DNA of 64,000 nt from a virus, in IMG/VR virus record IMGVR_UViG_3300037246_000452, positions 1 through 64,000 of that record; one strand, 5' to 3'. Numbering within the stretch: the first letter of the stretch is position 1; the number at the start of each line of letters is the position of its first letter. Under the pieces are notes generated by a model. It worked only from the letters and a program-made list of their open reading frames with translations, was not told the DNA's origin and did no database searches. Positions 1 to 8,632 of this stretch are shown one piece after another. Position numbers and translations under genes: made by a program.

Positions 1-407
1 TTGGCCGGCTTCTTCTTAATTGCCAAATTCACCGGCTGCTCTAAAACGAAGCCCCACTCAATATAACCTGATGCTTCCCGGGGAGTCCTTATAGCTCTTC
101 GTACCTTATCCAAGATTATAGTCGTCTTCTCCTTCTTATCATCGATTCGACTATCCGTCCTGTCATCTCCTATTAGTACCACATCTATGGTCAATTTTAC
201 AACCCCATTCTCAGCTACGTTGTTCTCTTCTTCCCTCATACCGCCATATAATATTCCAGCAGAAGGCATTCCAATCTCCCTTGACTGATCTACAAAGTCT
301 GCTTGACTGAATACATATATGGCTGCATTACCAATCTCTGATACTGTTTCCAGTGCAGCCTTAATATCCTCTACGGTTACTGTAGCCCAATCTATTGGCT
401 CTCCCAT
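1..407 (-). CDS. putative tail terminator/completion protein (partial, runs off window)
   Basis: ATG at 407 overlaps TAA of upstream gene (TAATG); open frame MGEPIDWATVTVEDIKAALETV...; position after neck genes. Confidence 0.5.
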   Translation of the reverse strand, partial: MGEPIDWATVTVEDIKAALETVSEIGNAAIYVFSQADFVDQSREIGMPSAGILYGGMREEENNVAENGVVKLTIDVVLIGDDRTDSRIDDKKEKTTIILDKVRRAIRTPREASGYIEWGFVLEQPVNLAIKKKPA

Positions 408-862
408 TACTTTATCCTCCTGTTATATTCCTCTATCATTATCTTTCGGGTCATTGTAATGTCGTCATCCCCAAACCCTAAAAACTTACGCTCAATCATC
501 CCATCCGTTCCTTCTTGGTGCCTTCTTGCGTATGGAATATCTGTATATAATACTCGCCCGTTCCTGCCCTCTGTACGGACCTCAAGGGAATGGAAGAGGT
601 CACCCGTATTAAATAGAGTTCCCCCGTCCCGACCTTCCCCCCCTTTACTTACATCTGTTCTACGTCTCTTAGCTGCCATGGATTCTGGCCATGCTTTTCC
701 ATCTGGGTCTTCCTGCGCTAAGAATCGTTTCTTATTGTTTCTGAATACAACTGCTATGGACCTATCCAATATCTCACGTATCCCTTCCTCTCCAACTGAT
801 GCAGCTTTCTTAAGCATCTCGTTGACTGCATCTGTTTTATAGGATATTTTTACGCTGCTCAT
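407..862 (-). CDS. phage virion morphogenesis / neck protein (Mu gpG / P2 gpS-like)
   Basis: Motifs RFLAQEDPDGKAW, TLFNTGDL, YARRHQEG, RKFLG typical of this family; synteny. Confidence 0.8.
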   Translation of the reverse strand: MSSVKISYKTDAVNEMLKKAASVGEEGIREILDRSIAVVFRNNKKRFLAQEDPDGKAWPESMAAKRRRTDVSKGGEGRDGGTLFNTGDLFHSLEVRTEGRNGRVLYTDIPYARRHQEGTDGMIERKFLGFGDDDITMTRKIMIEEYNRRIK

Positions 863-1464
863 GCTACTGCTTTAAGAGCTGCTGGATACCATCTCATCAG
901 TTGCTCAATTAGATGTGCAATAGGGAAGGGTTCTTCATCTGAATCATTACTATATCTATATAGATTCATGGCTTGGAGTATTGCTACTTCTTGCAACCTT
1001 TCGGGTACACCTGTAAAGACCCCGTTGGATATCGTAAACCCAGAGTTATACTTTACCTCGAAGAAATACGTTCCGGTTCCAATGTCTGTAAGGTCTATTT
1101 TAACAGTCCCTTTAAGGAGGTCTGTAATGATGTTCTTGTCTGCTACTGCTACGCCCTCAGTGTTCAGCTCTGATCGTACTGAACCGTACTTTACAGATGT
1201 AATGCTGTTCACATACCCGTTTTTTAACCCAAGAGTAGGCATGCCTGCCTGTGCATTTTCATATCCACTCCTCAAATAAAAAACCTCAGTGTGATCTCCA
1301 ACTGCGAAATCATCCTGTAGCATATGGTCTTGTAAATGGAGGGTAGCGGCACTTAACACATCAGTTATCAGTGCGTTGACTTTTACGTTATCACTCGCTG
1401 TCAATCTGGCTCTCACCTTCGCTACTGTTACTAACCTGTCCATACCACTACCCCCCGTTTGCAA
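859..1464 (-). CDS. head-tail connector/adaptor protein
   Basis: LVTVAKVR N-terminus and V.YxSG...VPERL motif of gp6/gp15-like adaptors; synteny. Confidence 0.65.
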   Translation of the reverse strand: MQTGGSGMDRLVTVAKVRARLTASDNVKVNALITDVLSAATLHLQDHMLQDDFAVGDHTEVFYLRSGYENAQAGMPTLGLKNGYVNSITSVKYGSVRSELNTEGVAVADKNIITDLLKGTVKIDLTDIGTGTYFFEVKYNSGFTISNGVFTGVPERLQEVAILQAMNLYRYSNDSDEEPFPIAHLIEQLMRWYPAALKAVA

Positions 1465-1476
1465 TTAATGTCAATC

Positions 1477-1809
1477 TTAGACTTCTATTTCACCTTTACC
1501 TGCTGGTCCTTTTTCTTTTTTTGCTGCCTCTACATCAGATTGAGACATCTTCTTCTGCTTCTTAGGCTTTTTAGCCTTAACCCTTGTCACTTTGGCCTCA
1601 GGCTCTGGGTCTGCTTCAATTACAACCTCACAAAAATAGAACTGGCCGTGATTGTCTTGGAGTTCCAGAAGTTCTTCCGCCTTTTTTACTGGCAGTTCGT
1701 ACACTTTCCCACCTTTGTAGGTATCATTCTCTATGCCGTAGTGATTCCTGCCTTCTTCCAGCATTACGTGCATTGTTGTTGCCTTGTCTTTTTCTTTTGT
1801 TACTATCAT
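1477..1809 (-). CDS. hypothetical virion-associated protein
   Basis: ORF with SD in head module; Lys-rich C-terminus. Confidence 0.5.
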   Translation of the reverse strand: MIVTKEKDKATTMHVMLEEGRNHYGIENDTYKGGKVYELPVKKAEELLELQDNHGQFYFCEVVIEADPEPEAKVTRVKAKKPKKQKKMSQSDVEAAKKEKGPAGKGEIEV

Positions 1810-1833
1810 ATCTTCCTCCCTGATTTACGTTAT

Positions 1834-1864
1834 AAAAGAAGGGGGCTCCTCTGAGCCCCTTTCT
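1834..1864 (-). terminator. intrinsic terminator
   Basis: AGAAAGGGGCTC-AGAG-GAGCCCCCTTCT-TTT on minus strand. Confidence 0.8.
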
Positions 1865-1883
1865 CGGTTTACTTACAAAGCCC

Positions 1884-2783
1884 TTACCCTACGATGAGGA
1901 CGTTTACCTCTGAGGTAGCCGCCCAGTCGGTGCTGCCCCCGTTACCCAGTGTGACAAGCTTGTTAGCTGCGTCAATGGTATACGCACCGTCCCATGCAAC
2001 GGTATCCCCTGAAGAGTCCCTTATATGAACAAAAGCCTCAACAGGTGTGAACGGTACCACTATGTGAAGACTCCCTATGAGAACTTCCTGCGCTGTTGGT
2101 GTTCTTGCTACGCTTGCTACATAACCAGAACCTTTGTCTCGGTCACCGGCTGTAGTAGCCTCAATGGTGTTATCACCACCTGACAAGTCTTCTGAAAATA
2201 CCACGGCTGCAGCACCTATTACAGTCTGCTTGAACAATATCTCGTTTACAGATATTGCTATTGCAGCAAGTCCCTCAGTACCTTCAGCATTTACAACTGC
2301 CACTAGGGCTGCTGAGAATACCGTTGGTGTGAGTGTTGCTACCATGCCTACAGGTATCGTGGATTCAGCTGCAATACCATCACCCTTATACATTGCTGTA
2401 GTGGCTATATGCGTTGCTGCTGTGGTGCCTGAATGACCCCTACTTGCTACAAGGTTGTCGGTATCAGTGGCGGGTACATACGTGACTTTGAGAATCTCAT
2501 TCTCCAACCTAAAAAGCTGCCCTACTATGAGGCCGTGGGCATCAATGTTAAACTTCTTTTCAGTTACAGACGTGATTGCTGTGTCAAGAGTCTTGGTAGA
2601 ATCTGTATTCACTATCTCAACTTCATATACGTCGGCACCAAGAGTTACGAACTCGTCAGCCACAACATCAGCTGCAAGCCTTAGGACTGCCGAACCATTG
2701 ATGCCGGGAACAACTGCGTTAGCAAGTTGATGTATCGCTTTTCCCTTTACTGTCTCTTTGGAGACTGCACTAATCTGGTCCAT
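1884..2783 (-). CDS. putative capsid decoration / structural protein
   Basis: Ala/Thr/Val-rich beta-type composition, directly after major capsid gene, strong SD. Confidence 0.55.
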   Translation of the reverse strand: MDQISAVSKETVKGKAIHQLANAVVPGINGSAVLRLAADVVADEFVTLGADVYEVEIVNTDSTKTLDTAITSVTEKKFNIDAHGLIVGQLFRLENEILKVTYVPATDTDNLVASRGHSGTTAATHIATTAMYKGDGIAAESTIPVGMVATLTPTVFSAALVAVVNAEGTEGLAAIAISVNEILFKQTVIGAAAVVFSEDLSGGDNTIEATTAGDRDKGSGYVASVARTPTAQEVLIGSLHIVVPFTPVEAFVHIRDSSGDTVAWDGAYTIDAANKLVTLGNGGSTDWAATSEVNVLIVG

Positions 2784-2810
2784 ATCTTATTCCTCCTTAA
2801 TCGAATTTTG

Positions 2811-2843
2811 AAAAAGAGCAGGAGGCTTTTACACCTCCCACCC
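2811..2843 (-). terminator. intrinsic terminator after major capsid gene
   Basis: GGGTGGGAGGT-GTAAAA-GCCTCCTGCTC-TTTTT on minus strand. Confidence 0.7.
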
Positions 2844-2858
2844 ATGGTCAGGGTTTAC

Positions 2859-3809
2859 TTAGGAACCGATGTTGGTATATTCAACACAGGCCAGCTCTTC
2901 TTCAATCTTGAAGTCAATCCTTGCAGTAAGGACTATAATAAACACCCTTGCTGAGATATCCTTCGCAACTTCAACGCTGATCTTCCTCTGAATACCCATG
3001 ATGAAGTTCTTCGGGTTCGTATAGATACCGGAAGCTTCAGGCATGAGGCCTACAGGCACGATGGAAGAACCGAAGGCAGCTACCGGAGTGAGACCTTCGG
3101 CAAGCTGGTCACCTCTTGATGTCTCCCTTGCAGCGTATACGTCCCTATACTCAGTCTCCTGATTATGAGAAACGAAATGCTTGAACTGGCTTCTGTTCCT
3201 CAAGTAGGCAGGAGGCATTGCCTTCACACCCTTCTTGAACATCGCCCTGTCAATGGTAGCCGTAGCCTGATTTACCGTGTTGCTGGTAATCTGCTTCAAC
3301 CAACCATTATTAAGAGCGAGGAAGTCATCACCTGACTCGGTGTCCCCTAGAAGTGCGAGCTCTTCCATATCAAGGGCAGCTCTCTCCGCTATAAGAGCCA
3401 TGATGGTATCCTTGAATCCACCTTTAACAGGCTGAGCAACTGAGTTTTCCCCTGCAAGGTTAAGGTTACCCCTCTCAATGTTGTCCTCTATGACATCATA
3501 AGGAAGCCTTACTTCCGCTATAACCTCATTCGTGTCAAGAGTTACCTTCCCAAGATCGGGCTTGCTTCTGTCACCGGATGATAGGCCTGTGGCCGCAACC
3601 GCTTTCTTGAGGATTCTGCTCCCGAAGCCGATCTTATTGATCTCTCTCTTCGGGCTGTTCATTGCCACAACCCTTGCCTGATTCAGGATGGTTGGTGCAA
3701 GTATCAAGTTTCTGATAAAACTGTTACTCTGCTCAGTTGTGAGCAAACCGCCTGAGGCAAGATCGCCTATTACCATATCCGCTTTCTGGATTAGTGCCTG
3801 ATTGTCCAT
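2859..3809 (-). CDS. major capsid protein (HK97 fold)
   Basis: GGLLTTEQSNSFI, EDNIERG, DMEELALLGDT, NGWLK motifs; 316 aa; position after scaffold. Confidence 0.9.
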   Translation of the reverse strand: MDNQALIQKADMVIGDLASGGLLTTEQSNSFIRNLILAPTILNQARVVAMNSPKREINKIGFGSRILKKAVAATGLSSGDRSKPDLGKVTLDTNEVIAEVRLPYDVIEDNIERGNLNLAGENSVAQPVKGGFKDTIMALIAERAALDMEELALLGDTESGDDFLALNNGWLKQITSNTVNQATATIDRAMFKKGVKAMPPAYLRNRSQFKHFVSHNQETEYRDVYAARETSRGDQLAEGLTPVAAFGSSIVPVGLMPEASGIYTNPKNFIMGIQRKISVEVAKDISARVFIIVLTARIDFKIEEELACVEYTNIGS

Positions 3810-3851
3810 TTTATGTTCCCCCTTATTAATTATTTAAAGTTTAATATACTG

Positions 3852-5006
3852 TTACGCTATCTCGAAGTTGAGGGCACTATCAAATATGCCTTCCTTTTCT
3901 TCTGTTTTCTGCGCTTGCACATTTGTACCGTCCAGCTCGCCTGCCCCCGTATGAACCTTACCACTCACCGCCTCATCAGCTGACTTAGCAAGTTCTGCAG
4001 TTGCATCCATTTGGGTCTTTAGGGCATCCGTGCTTTTGGTCACTTCCGCCTGTGTTGTCTCAATGCCTGTTACCTTTGTACTGAGTCCGTCTATGGCTGT
4101 TGTAACATCACTCATCACCTCAGTAAGCATTAAGGATATACCAGCCTTCAGTTCCGCAGAGAGGCCCTCACTCTTTACTACAGGCTCACCACCTGCATCA
4201 GTACCGGCATCAGCACCAGCGGTATCCGTATCACCCTTAGTAATGCCATCCCCTGCATCTTCAGCGCCCCCTGCAACAGCACCGGCTTCATCCCCCACCT
4301 CACCATCGGCTTTTACAATCGGCTTACCACCAGCACTAGCCCCAGCAACCTTGTCATCCTCTTTTTTGGCGACGGGCTCCTCGGTGGAGAGCATAGGAAC
4401 TTCCATCTTCTCCATCTTGATAGCAGTAACCGGAATAGCATTTGCAAGGCCGGTCACATACTTGCTATACTCATCTGCAGCCTTACTTATCTCCATTATG
4501 GTATCCGTACCTTCAGCATAAGCAATATTGTACAAAGTCTCCATAAAGGATTCTGTAGCCATTCTTACACCCGGGAAGAAGCCACTTTTCTGCACATTCT
4601 CTGTGAATGATTTAGAGTCTGGCCACGTCTCAAATCCCTTAATAAGAGCTACAACGCCATCAGAGAGTTTAACGCTTTTGGCGCCTTCCATATCGGTGTC
4701 ATACTTGAGCACTGTTGCTCCATCCACTTCGGCTGCTTCGAGTGGTTCAGGCATACCCATGTCAAGCAGTAGCGCCCTGAACGCATCAACATCAACCCCT
4801 TTTACTATCGCAAGCCCAGCAATCTGTGGCCCTGCTGGTGCTGCATCCTCCTTTTGGAACATTTTTAGAAAATTAAATTCGAGCATACCCTTGTCCTCCG
4901 ATTTTATTATTCGGAATGGAATCATGTTCGCACCTCTACCCACTAGAGAAATATGACCTACCTTAACATCTGAGAGCTTACGGGCTCTTACCTTTATTTT
5001 TGGCAT
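3852..5006 (-). CDS. scaffold protein carrying a protease SLV..GAN segment
   Basis: N-terminal KLSDVKVGHISLVGRGAN; acidic Gly/Ala-rich linker; coiled-coil C-terminus. Confidence 0.65.
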   Translation of the reverse strand: MPKIKVRARKLSDVKVGHISLVGRGANMIPFRIIKSEDKGMLEFNFLKMFQKEDAAPAGPQIAGLAIVKGVDVDAFRALLLDMGMPEPLEAAEVDGATVLKYDTDMEGAKSVKLSDGVVALIKGFETWPDSKSFTENVQKSGFFPGVRMATESFMETLYNIAYAEGTDTIMEISKAADEYSKYVTGLANAIPVTAIKMEKMEVPMLSTEEPVAKKEDDKVAGASAGGKPIVKADGEVGDEAGAVAGGAEDAGDGITKGDTDTAGADAGTDAGGEPVVKSEGLSAELKAGISLMLTEVMSDVTTAIDGLSTKVTGIETTQAEVTKSTDALKTQMDATAELAKSADEAVSGKVHTGAGELDGTNVQAQKTEEKEGIFDSALNFEIA

Positions 5007-5584
5007 TTCAATATCTCCTCTACGAATGAGTATCTGTGAGAATGGTCACCCATATCCTCTGTTTTGGTGCCTCGTTTAATGACGTGGACTCCCTCATGAT
5101 TTTCATCAGGTACAGTTTCGCCACCTATTAAGACCCCCTCTGGTGAGAACTTCAATATGTAAACGTGCGTGTGGCCTTCAGTTTCATATGTTCTCCCCTC
5201 CAACTCTTCAGGTACATTAATCTCTATGTCCTCATACGTGGCAGTAGCTGCACCATCCATGGAAAAGCCATTAATCTCGCCCTTCTTCACTTTGGTCCAA
5301 ATATCCACATCCGAGATATGAATCCCGACTACCCACGAACCTTCGATAAAATCCTCATCACCCTTACGGACAATGAATGATTCAACCACAACAGCATCTA
5401 CCAGCTGATGATCATGATTCATGTCTATTGAGTCGAGCGCCATACTACGCATAAAGTCGTGTCCCATTTTACGTATCTCTACGGCATCCGTGAAGTCCCC
5501 TTGAGTATCTATCATGTCCGGGGCGTACACTTCGCTGTAAACAATTTGTAATTCGTCATCGAATTTTATAAATTTCGTCTTCAT
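4994..5584 (-). CDS. XkdF-like prohead serine protease
   Basis: VYSEVYAPD..DTQGDF, DMNH, VVESFI, GSWVVG, GEINGFSMDG; His-rich tail. Confidence 0.8.
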   Translation of the reverse strand: MKTKFIKFDDELQIVYSEVYAPDMIDTQGDFTDAVEIRKMGHDFMRSMALDSIDMNHDHQLVDAVVVESFIVRKGDEDFIEGSWVVGIHISDVDIWTKVKKGEINGFSMDGAATATYEDIEINVPEELEGRTYETEGHTHVYILKFSPEGVLIGGETVPDENHEGVHVIKRGTKTEDMGDHSHRYSFVEEILKCQK

Positions 5585-5730
5585 AAAAAGAGTATCTCAC
5601 AGCTCCTTTTAAAAACGCAAGACTTTTTTGCAATTAGTTGCACTTTATTTTCGTGGTAGGTTTTTGCAGTTAATTGCAAAAGGTGAGGTATTACTTATTG
5701 AGTGGTGCTATGACACTATCTCTAATGAGG

Positions 5731-6825
5731 TTACATAGGTAGCGGTCTTCCGTCTGCATCCAATCCTAATAGGAATAATGCATCAGCGGTATTCCCTTCT
5801 GTTAATAGTACTTCAGCTTCTAATACCTTAGTAGCACTGGTGAGTGTACTAATCTCAAGTGCTATATTTGCTAGTAGTACCTGCTCTGTTACTGTTTGAG
5901 TCATTGACCCCATGTCTATGGTATCTATAGGTGTCTGAGTCTCGTCATAAGTTATTACATTTCCTATGTAATCTAACAGCCCTCTACATCTTGGATGGTA
6001 CGGTGGAGTATCCCATCCCGCCTTAACCAAGTCCTCAGAACTCATACCTCGTAAGTTGGCTATAGCATCTTTGTTCTGTTTAGGCCATGGCGCCATGCTT
6101 CTAAGGTCTGCTGGGTCGTCTACTCTTAAAAGGGTATCCACCTTTTCGTAGGCGGTCTTAACCTCAAATACTTTTCCATGCATGGTCCTACAAACTGGAC
6201 ATGTTCTGTTATCCAACTGCTCATTAACAGCATACTTGGTTACACCTGTAGCTCGTGCTTCTATTAGATATCCATACCCAGCCAGTCGGGCCATCTGTAA
6301 TGATGAGCCTATATCAATTAAGGAATTACCAGTTGTCTTAATCTTAGGGTCAAGAACATCCTTCATACGTATCTTATCCTCCTCTCCCTTCACTACATTA
6401 GTACTGTACTCCGCATCCTCCTCTGCCAATCTTATAGCCTCTATCTCGTCAAGGGCTGCATACGCTGCCTTCTTTAAAGTGATGTTGGCATTTTCCAGCA
6501 TCAACTTATATTGCTTTACAGCCGGTACTACAATTGAAGGAACTTTGTCCCCTCTAGCTATGGAAGTTTCCTTGGCCTTCACATTAAGTCTAGTAGCCCC
6601 AAATAGTAGTGCAGACGTAAATAAAAACTTGATGTAGCTATGCTCTCCTGCCATAATTTTAGACAAGTCCATAGTCTCTATGATCTCCACCGCCTTAGTG
6701 ACATCATCCTTATCAAGGGCTGCAGCAACCTTGGTAGTAATCTTGGTAGCGTATTTGTCCCACTTCGGTCCTAGTCTTCCTGACATCGACGCTTCTAGTG
6801 AAAGATATGCTTCTACCTTAGGCAT
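5731..6825 (-). CDS. head morphogenesis / minor head protein (Mu gpF / SPP1 gp7-like)
   Basis: DNRTCPVCRTMHGK and PPYHPRCRG motifs; follows portal. Confidence 0.8.
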   Translation of the reverse strand: MPKVEAYLSLEASMSGRLGPKWDKYATKITTKVAAALDKDDVTKAVEIIETMDLSKIMAGEHSYIKFLFTSALLFGATRLNVKAKETSIARGDKVPSIVVPAVKQYKLMLENANITLKKAAYAALDEIEAIRLAEEDAEYSTNVVKGEEDKIRMKDVLDPKIKTTGNSLIDIGSSLQMARLAGYGYLIEARATGVTKYAVNEQLDNRTCPVCRTMHGKVFEVKTAYEKVDTLLRVDDPADLRSMAPWPKQNKDAIANLRGMSSEDLVKAGWDTPPYHPRCRGLLDYIGNVITYDETQTPIDTIDMGSMTQTVTEQVLLANIALEISTLTSATKVLEAEVLLTEGNTADALFLLGLDADGRPLPM

Positions 6826-8608
6826 GCTTGTCTCCTGTGATTAAAGCAGTGGCACAACACCCAATCTCTTTCATCCCTTCAGTATCATGGTGTGTATCTG
6901 TGTATATTCTACTGGCAACGATACTATCAAATAAGTCCCTATCTGCTTTGGTCATACTCTTCATCCTCTTCTTTAGGGACTCCTGCTCACCTTTGGTGAA
7001 TTTCTTCTTGGAGCCATCAAGCCCTGCATACGCTGTGTATTCCGTGGCCAACTCAAGGACATCGAATGAATCCATCTTCTGAATCCCTGTTGATTTTGCT
7101 ACAGCCCCGGTAGTCGTAGTAGTCGATTCTGCTGCTTTTGCACTTACGGATATACCCTCCTCCGTAAAGGGTAAGGTTGTCCCGGTGGCTTCATTGATAG
7201 CGTCTATCATATCCTCGCCACTCACGGACCCAAGCTTACTGGCTAAGTCTAAACCTTTAAGTTGACTCTCTCTGTCTTTAAGTGTAATGGGCTTACTAAT
7301 ATATTTAAAATCCCCAAAACCTAACTCCTTCAAAATCGTTACAGTCATTATCTCGTCAAACTCCACCCGTTCTGGAGCGAAAACCTGAGACTCACCTATC
7401 ATGTAAGATGTGATCGCGGTAGCATGCGTATAATCATCCGTTCTTCCTACGAATAATGGCGGCAGTCTAAAAGACGACCTTACTCTTTTCTCACTATTCT
7501 CATCGTACTTCTCGAACATAGAGTCCTGCTGCTTCTCTGACCCGAACCTCTCTACCTGTACCTTGACACTACCTTTAGAGTCAAGCCCACCTGAGGTACT
7601 CATTACCTCTACTACTGCTGCTTTATTCTTCTTCTTTGCCTTACCATCCAACATATTCTCAAGTTGAGTCTTGGCTCCTGTTACAAAGGCTCCTCCTTCA
7701 ACTATAATTAAAACTGGGGGAATTCCACCACTACTGAAATAATCAAGATTAAGCTCTTCTGCTGCTCTTGAGCCCAAAACTGATGGTAGCTGATTCAACC
7801 ATCGGGGTAGTCCATAAGGCGTATTCGTATCTTTATTTACTGTCAAGTGGATAACTTCTGTACCTCTTTCTGCTGCTGCCAGATCAGAACCTTTCTCTGC
7901 CCACTCTCCAGTACTCTTATTAATATCTCTGGATGCATTAAACTCTTTGAAATATACAGTAGTCGTGCCTATCTTTTGTACAAAGACTCTCTCTCTTAGA
8001 AGTACTTCAACCTCAAAATTCACCCCGTTCCGCATAACCGATCTTTTTACTGGGACTGCCTCGGCTAATCTAGCACATCTCATAGTTGTTACATCTATAG
8101 GCTTAAGGAATATAATCTCTCTTTTTGCATTTCTCATTACCTCAAGGAATGCATTACCTGTAGACTCCAAGTCCCTCCTTAGTGCTCTACGTTGTGTCAT
8201 AAATGATTGACCGGGGAAGGGTTCAGCAAAGAAATCTAAAGCTGCATCTATCTGAGCCTCTTCCGCAGCGGTCACTTTTTCATCATGTTTAGGTTTAATG
8301 TCTGCACCTGTGCCATCTATATTAACTTCCATGGCTGTAACACATTGTCCTAAAGTGTTATTCTCCTGTGTCAGCTCTATCAGGGTCTTGAATACATACG
8401 GTGGTTCTATTACAGTTCCTTCTCCAGTCGCCCCACTGTAATACGATAATGCAAATTCATCTTCTGATAAACCTGCCCGTGACTCAATGGTGTTGTCCCC
8501 CTTTATAAGACTCACCTTTGTATCAAGCTTGTCTTGAGGATTCTGTGTGCTCCCCTTCCCTCTAGCAGGGGTTTTCTTATCTGCACTCTTATCCACCTTT
8601 TTAATCAT
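6818..8608 (-). CDS. portal protein (PBSX-like)
   Basis: DLESTGNAFLEV, PYGLPRW, NLDYFSSGGIP, SSFRLPP motifs; start moved to ATG 8608 after GGAGG. Confidence 0.9.
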   Translation of the reverse strand: MIKKVDKSADKKTPARGKGSTQNPQDKLDTKVSLIKGDNTIESRAGLSEDEFALSYYSGATGEGTVIEPPYVFKTLIELTQENNTLGQCVTAMEVNIDGTGADIKPKHDEKVTAAEEAQIDAALDFFAEPFPGQSFMTQRRALRRDLESTGNAFLEVMRNAKREIIFLKPIDVTTMRCARLAEAVPVKRSVMRNGVNFEVEVLLRERVFVQKIGTTTVYFKEFNASRDINKSTGEWAEKGSDLAAAERGTEVIHLTVNKDTNTPYGLPRWLNQLPSVLGSRAAEELNLDYFSSGGIPPVLIIVEGGAFVTGAKTQLENMLDGKAKKKNKAAVVEVMSTSGGLDSKGSVKVQVERFGSEKQQDSMFEKYDENSEKRVRSSFRLPPLFVGRTDDYTHATAITSYMIGESQVFAPERVEFDEIMTVTILKELGFGDFKYISKPITLKDRESQLKGLDLASKLGSVSGEDMIDAINEATGTTLPFTEEGISVSAKAAESTTTTTGAVAKSTGIQKMDSFDVLELATEYTAYAGLDGSKKKFTKGEQESLKKRMKSMTKADRDLFDSIVASRIYTDTHHDTEGMKEIGCCATALITGDKHA

Positions 8609-8632
8609 CACGTCCTCCATTTGCAATTAATT

